DNA of 64,000 nucleotides from Podarcis gaigeae (Eukaryota), in the NCBI GenBank assembly GCA_964106915.2, contig OZ066921.1. One strand, written 5' to 3'. A model generated the notes under the pieces. It made no database searches, had not been told where the DNA came from, and saw nothing but the letters and a program-made list of their open reading frames with translations. The translations under genes were made by a program, and so were the position numbers. Shown here in pieces: positions 59,841 through 64,000 of the stretch (positions are counted from its first letter, which is position 1; the number at the start of each line of letters is the position of its first letter).

Positions 59841-60871
59841 CTGTTTGGAAGGAGAGAAATCTCAGCTAGGGAGATTCCTGCCTTATTCACATAGGGAAGG
59901 AAAGGGCAAGAACGACCTCTCTCTGCCAGAGACCCTGGAGAGGGACTGCCATTCAGAGTAGACAGCAGTGGCCTGAATAGGCTAATAGTCTGAGCTGCTA
60001 TAAGGCAGATTCCTATGTTCCTTTGTACAGGCGACCCTCCCTTTTGAAATCTAAATATCCAGCAGACAATCCTTTTGAGTAATCTCTACAGTTTGGTACT
60101 TGCTAGTGGCAAGCAGCAACCAGTGGCGAGGTAAGCAACTGAATGGCCTGTGAGCATCACAGACTCCATCAGACTGCCAGCCCTCAATCACTATGGTTGC
60201 AATTCTTAAGCAAACTTAGCACAGCTCTGCAGCAGTGCTGCATCTTTCCTTAATCTTGCAGCTCTGAAGTAGTCACTGTTAGAAACTGAGATATGAAAGC
60301 TAGGAGCTAAATAGCACCTTAAACCTAGGTTACAGGCAAAACAACAGAACGTCTCGGCACCCATTTTTTAAAACAAGAATACAAAGCTGAAAATGAATGA
60401 AGAGCAGCTAAAATATTATGTTCATTTTTCACAGGATCTAGTCCTTCCCCTGCCCACCCCCCTAATATTCTTAAGAGGGTCTCTTCTCCAGTCTTCAGAG
60501 AGTAGCTGGAAGTGGGGAGGCAAGAAAAAGCTCCTCCTTTCCTTCCACTCTGCAGTTTTAATCTGAAATCTTCGGCGCAGTACTGTGCCCAGAACTCAGA
60601 GACTGCTTGCAATAATGAAATTCCCTGTTGCAAAATGTGCCTAGAACAATGGGAGTTTTGAACACAGGAAGCAGTGCTGGGCCATTAGAATCTGGAGCCA
60701 CTGAACCCAGTCAATGTGTATGCTAATGACAAAGGGTGCTGTGGCAGCTCAGAGGCTATCAGGTTTACTGAGCTGTGCAAGCTTCAGGAGGCAGCAGAAT
60801 GCTATGTCAGATGTTTAGAGATGGTGGCCTATACAATCCAAAGGCCACCCCCCTTCCTCTCCAAGGCTCAC

Positions 60872-61018
60872 CTTCTCTACTGGCACTACGCCAGGCTGCA
60901 CTGTGGTCTCCAGCTGCAGACCTGGTGAAAGAGTCACATTGGCCAAATCCTTTGCCTTTTTATCCAGACTGGAGGGGCTGGGTAGCCCAAGGGCTGTGGG
61001 GGAAGCAAAGCCTGGGAC
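60872..61018 (-). CDS. CDT1: CDT1 exon 2
   Basis: gtttcag|GTC CCA ... GAG AAG|gtgagc; 147 nt, phase 0/0, open frame VPGFASPTALGLPSPSSLDKKAKD...VPVEK; poorly conserved region called from splice sites and phase. Confidence 0.8.
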
Positions 61019-61074
61019 CTGAAACAGAAGCACTCCAGTCAGAATTGGCGGCACATCTCCTTTCAGAATACCAG

Positions 61075-61236
61075 TTGCTTAAGGCAGTTGAGTATGTAGC
61101 CTGAAGAAGAGAAGGTTGAGAGTTGACATGATGACCAGCTTCAAATATCTGAAGGGCTGTCACATGCAATAAGGAGCAGGCTTGTTTTCTGCTACTCCAG
61201 AGTGTGGGAACCAAACCAATGGATTCAAATTACAAC
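61075..61236 (+). mobile_element. CR1 LINE ORF2 3' fragment
   Basis: agcctgaagaagagaaggttgagagttgacatga...ttcaaatatctgaagggctgtca, the CR1 SLxKRRLRGDM..FKYLKG region, degenerate. Confidence 0.75.
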
Positions 61237-61809
61237 TGAACACAGTATTCCAAGTTTTCTAACCACATTGGGTTCGCACTGTAATATCTTACTAAAAACC
61301 CATAGTCCCTCCTTGGTCAGTCCCCACCAATTCAAACCCTATTAATGCATGTCAGGGGGGTTATTATTTTTTTACTCCCAATGTACACCACTTTACACAT
61401 ATTTTGCTCTGAGCCCCATTAACCATTTTAATGCCCATTTCAGAAATATTCTTTTCCCCATTTTTGGGCACAGTGCAAGGTCTCTACACTACGACAACTT
61501 AATAGCACCGCCATATTCAGGAACAGTCTACCTCAACCATCCAAGACACTGCAGACAACCAACGTGGGAATGACATGGCCATCAGGTCTGACCCCACAGG
61601 ACTCTTCCCTAGAAAGGTGCCTGCTGCCATGTCGCCTCAGAGCTCACACCCGGGAAGGATCAAGAAAACCCGAAGGGGTGGGCCCATTCACACAACCCCG
61701 ACTTCTACCCTTTCCCACTACACAACAAGGCTCCGGGCAACTAATCCGGATTAAAGAGGCTCGAGGTAAGAGCGCGGAGTCCTGCTTCCCCTCCTTTCGG
61801 GTCACTCAC

Positions 61810-62172
61810 CGCCTCCCCTTTTTCCTCCGCGGGCATCACCAGCGTCTTCCGGGCGGTGCTCTTCGCACCGAGGCGGCGGCGGCCTTGGGCAGAGACCGGC
61901 GTGAGCTCCGCCTCGGGCTCCGGCCTGCGCCTTTTCCTGCTGCTGCTGGGCTGCGGGCAGCTGGAGCCGAGCGGGGTGCGAGGAGGCTCCAAGAGGCCCA
62001 GCCCCGTCTCTTCCTCCTGCTGCTGCTGCTCCTTCTTCTTCTCGGGCCTGCCGGCCTCCAGGGGCTCGGGGGCTCCATCAGCTTGTACCTTCCGGCGCTT
62101 GGCGCTCAAGCTGCCCGCCGCGGGGCCCTTCTTGTTCTGCGCGAAGAAATCGGTGACCCGGAGCTGCGCCAT
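61810..62172 (-). CDS. CDT1: DNA replication licensing factor Cdt1 exon 1
   Basis: gccATGG; MAQLRVTDFFAQNK is the CRL4-Cdt2 PIP degron (QxxVTDFF, K at +4); also an RTP CDK site and an RRL Cy motif; donor GCG|gtgagt; 363 nt. Confidence 0.95.
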
Positions 62173-62244
62173 GGCGTCCACGTGGCCGCTTCTTCTCCCG
62201 ATGGAACGTTCCGAGCCCGGCTTGCTACTCAGCGTTCCATCCGG

Positions 62245-62350
62245 CGGCAACAAAGTATCCGACTTTCGCGGGCTTGGCCTAAGTCCCGCCCCTTAGCTTG
62301 CTTCCTTTCCCGCGCTGGCGCGGACGAGCTCTTAAAGGCGCCGCGTAGCT
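62245..62350 (-). promoter_or_regulatory. CDT1 CpG-island promoter with two E2F sites and a GC box
   Basis: TTTCGCGG at 62264-62271, TTTCCCGC at 62306-62313 (E2F consensus TTTSSCGC), CCCGCCC at 62285-62291; CDT1 is an established E2F target. Confidence 0.75.
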
Positions 62351-62446
62351 TTTCCTGCCTCCATTGCTTGCAGAGACCTGTGGGGTCAGACCTGAGCCCG
62401 GCGAAGCAGAACTAGAAAGGTGGCGCTGCTTCTTTTTTCTGTAGGA

Positions 62447-62705
62447 GCAGGGGAACCTGTAGTCCTCAGAATGCTGTTGAACTACAACTCCCACCATCTT
62501 CGGCCATTGGCTATGCTGGCTGGGGCTGATGGGAATTGTAATCCAAAACTCTGGCAGTTAGCAGGGAGGTGGGGTGAACAAGCCGAAGCCGCCATATACT
62601 CTTGGACTACAACTCCCATGATCCTTCACCATTGGCCATGCTGGCTGGGGCCCATAGGAGTTGGAGTCCACCAAACATCTGGAGGGCCGCAGATGTCCCC
62701 CAGGG
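62447..62705. mobile_element. two adjacent palindromic MITEs (ACTACAACTCCCA...TGGGARTTGTA family)
   Basis: arms gaactacaactcccaccatc / gatgggaattgtaatc and ggactacaactcccatg / ataggagttggagtcc; relatives near 3775-3930, 11640-11730, 49320-49445, 49905-50010, 54980-55110. Confidence 0.7.
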
Positions 62706-63331
62706 AAGCTAATTTAAGTACTTCTGTATTTCTCTGTTTTTCTGCAGTGAGAGAGGAGGACTTGCTTTGAGGACACAGGCTTATATCCCTGTCCAGAAGT
62801 AACAACATTTCAATAAAGTAAAACCAGCTGTAAACCGAGAGTAATCTTGTACACCCTTAGCTGGGAGTAAGCCTCCTTATTGGGGCTTACTTCTGAGTAA
62901 ACCTGTCTAGAATGCTTACTCCCACTGTGTTCAATGGAACTTAACTTTCTGGTATGTTGAGGACTACAACCTTAGATGGCTTCCAAAAACATAGGAAGCA
63001 GCCTTCCACAGAGTCTGACCACTGGTCCATCCAACTCACTATTATCTATACTAACCAGCAGCAGCTCTCCAGAGAACTTCAAGTGGGATATTGTCAGCCC
63101 CACCTGGAGGTGCCAGAAATTGAACTTCTGACCTTCTGCATAAAAAGCCTATGCCCTGTCACTATGCTTCAGTTCTTAGAAGGGAACTAAGACCAACTCA
63201 CTGAGGAAGAGAGGCACACCAATGCCAGTTAGTCATGGTGGATCATGGGTAGATTGAACCTCCATGTTCAGAGGCAGTAATCCCATAGAGTACAGTTAAT
63301 CTATTTTTTACTGCTTTGTAAGTAACGTATG

Positions 63332-63684
63332 AAGGGACGTGGGTGGCGCTGTGGGTTAAACCACAGAGCCTAGGACTTGCCGATCAGAAGGTTGGCGGTT
63401 TGAAATCCGCGATGGGGTGAGCTCCCGTTGCTCAGTCCCTGCTCCTGCCAACCGAGCAGTTCAAAAGCACGTCAAAGTGCAAGTAGATAAATAGGTACTG
63501 CTCTGGCGGGAAGGTAAACAGTGTTTCCGTGTGCTGCTCTGGTTCACCAGAAGCGGCTTAGTCATGCTGGCCACATGACCCAGAAGCTGTACGCCGGCTC
63601 CTTCAGTCAATAAAGCGAGATTAGCGCCACAACCCCAGAATAGGCCACAACTGGACCTAATGGTCAGGGGTCCCTTTACCTTTT
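63332..63684 (+). mobile_element. Sauria SINE, full length
   Basis: GGGACGTGGGTGGCGCTGTGGGTTAAACC head, CCTTTACCTTT tail; 13-bp TSD taagtaacgtatg (63319-63331 / 63685-63697). Confidence 0.93.
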
Positions 63685-64000
63685 TAAGTAACGTATGGGA
63701 ATGCAGTGACAACTGCAAAGCTGGCGCCTTGCCAGTGGTCAATCTGTGTCGGGTCCTTTGACGAAGTCTGGCATAATTGTCTGGGGAAAGATCAAGGAAG
63801 CCTTCTTGCATTAATTAATCCATTGGGATTTATTTCATAGATCAATGCCTGCCCAAGCCTCGGAAGATGCTTTATGGAACTTGACTCTTGGCCAGAAGCC
63901 ATGAAGTAACAATGTCCACAAAGGCAAGTTTTCCTGCTGACAGAATTTCAATTCACTCTTGTTGCATCTGAAAGAGAGTTGGGAGGCAGCCTTAAAACAG

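Noticed and set aside
59593-62172. CDT1 longer than human (627 vs 546 aa) with a KKKEQQQQEEE tract
   Set aside because: The extra length is in the disordered N-terminal region, which varies among vertebrates; all known degrons are intact
61564-62415. 283-aa plus-strand ORF and other overlapping ORFs at CDT1 exon 1
   Set aside because: Antisense shadows of a GC-rich coding exon in a CpG island; low complexity, no recognisable domain
1-64000. CRISPR arrays, operons or other prokaryotic systems
   Set aside because: The sequence is intron-containing vertebrate DNA and I saw no repeat-spacer arrays

Overview
Vertebrate (squamate, most likely lacertid lizard, judged from young Sauria SINEs and the repeat landscape) genomic DNA with the conserved GALNS-APRT-CDT1 gene block. 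It holds GALNS coding exons 5-14 (+ strand, 3126-38949; exons 1-4 lie upstream of the window), the complete 5-exon APRT (+, 43561-47868, 187 aa) and the complete 10-exon CDT1 (-, 62172-50978, 627 aa), which converges tail-to-tail on APRT. I read every splice junction by hand: all are GT-AG and the phases join into open frames. The rest is introns and UTRs with Sauria SINEs (with TSDs), other tRNA/5S-derived SINEs, CR1, L2, L1, RTE-X-like and Penelope fragments, hAT and Tc1/mariner MITEs, microsatellites and one 133-nt assembly gap. Best leads: (1) a near-intact Penelope-derived minimal hammerhead ribozyme on the CDT1 strand between the two convergent 3' ends; (2) GALNS exon 10 bounded by the same 12-mer TGACAG|GTGAGT at both ends, a candidate recursive-splice exon; (3) a 3-codon uORF inside a hairpin in the likely CDT1 5' UTR; (4) palindromic MITEs carrying the ZNF143/THAP11-type ACTACAnnTCCCA motif next to the CDT1 promoter and in its 3' UTR; (5) several repeat-free, TF-motif-rich blocks in the long GALNS introns that may be conserved enhancers. 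The sequence alone does not establish a new biological system; these are hypotheses to test.
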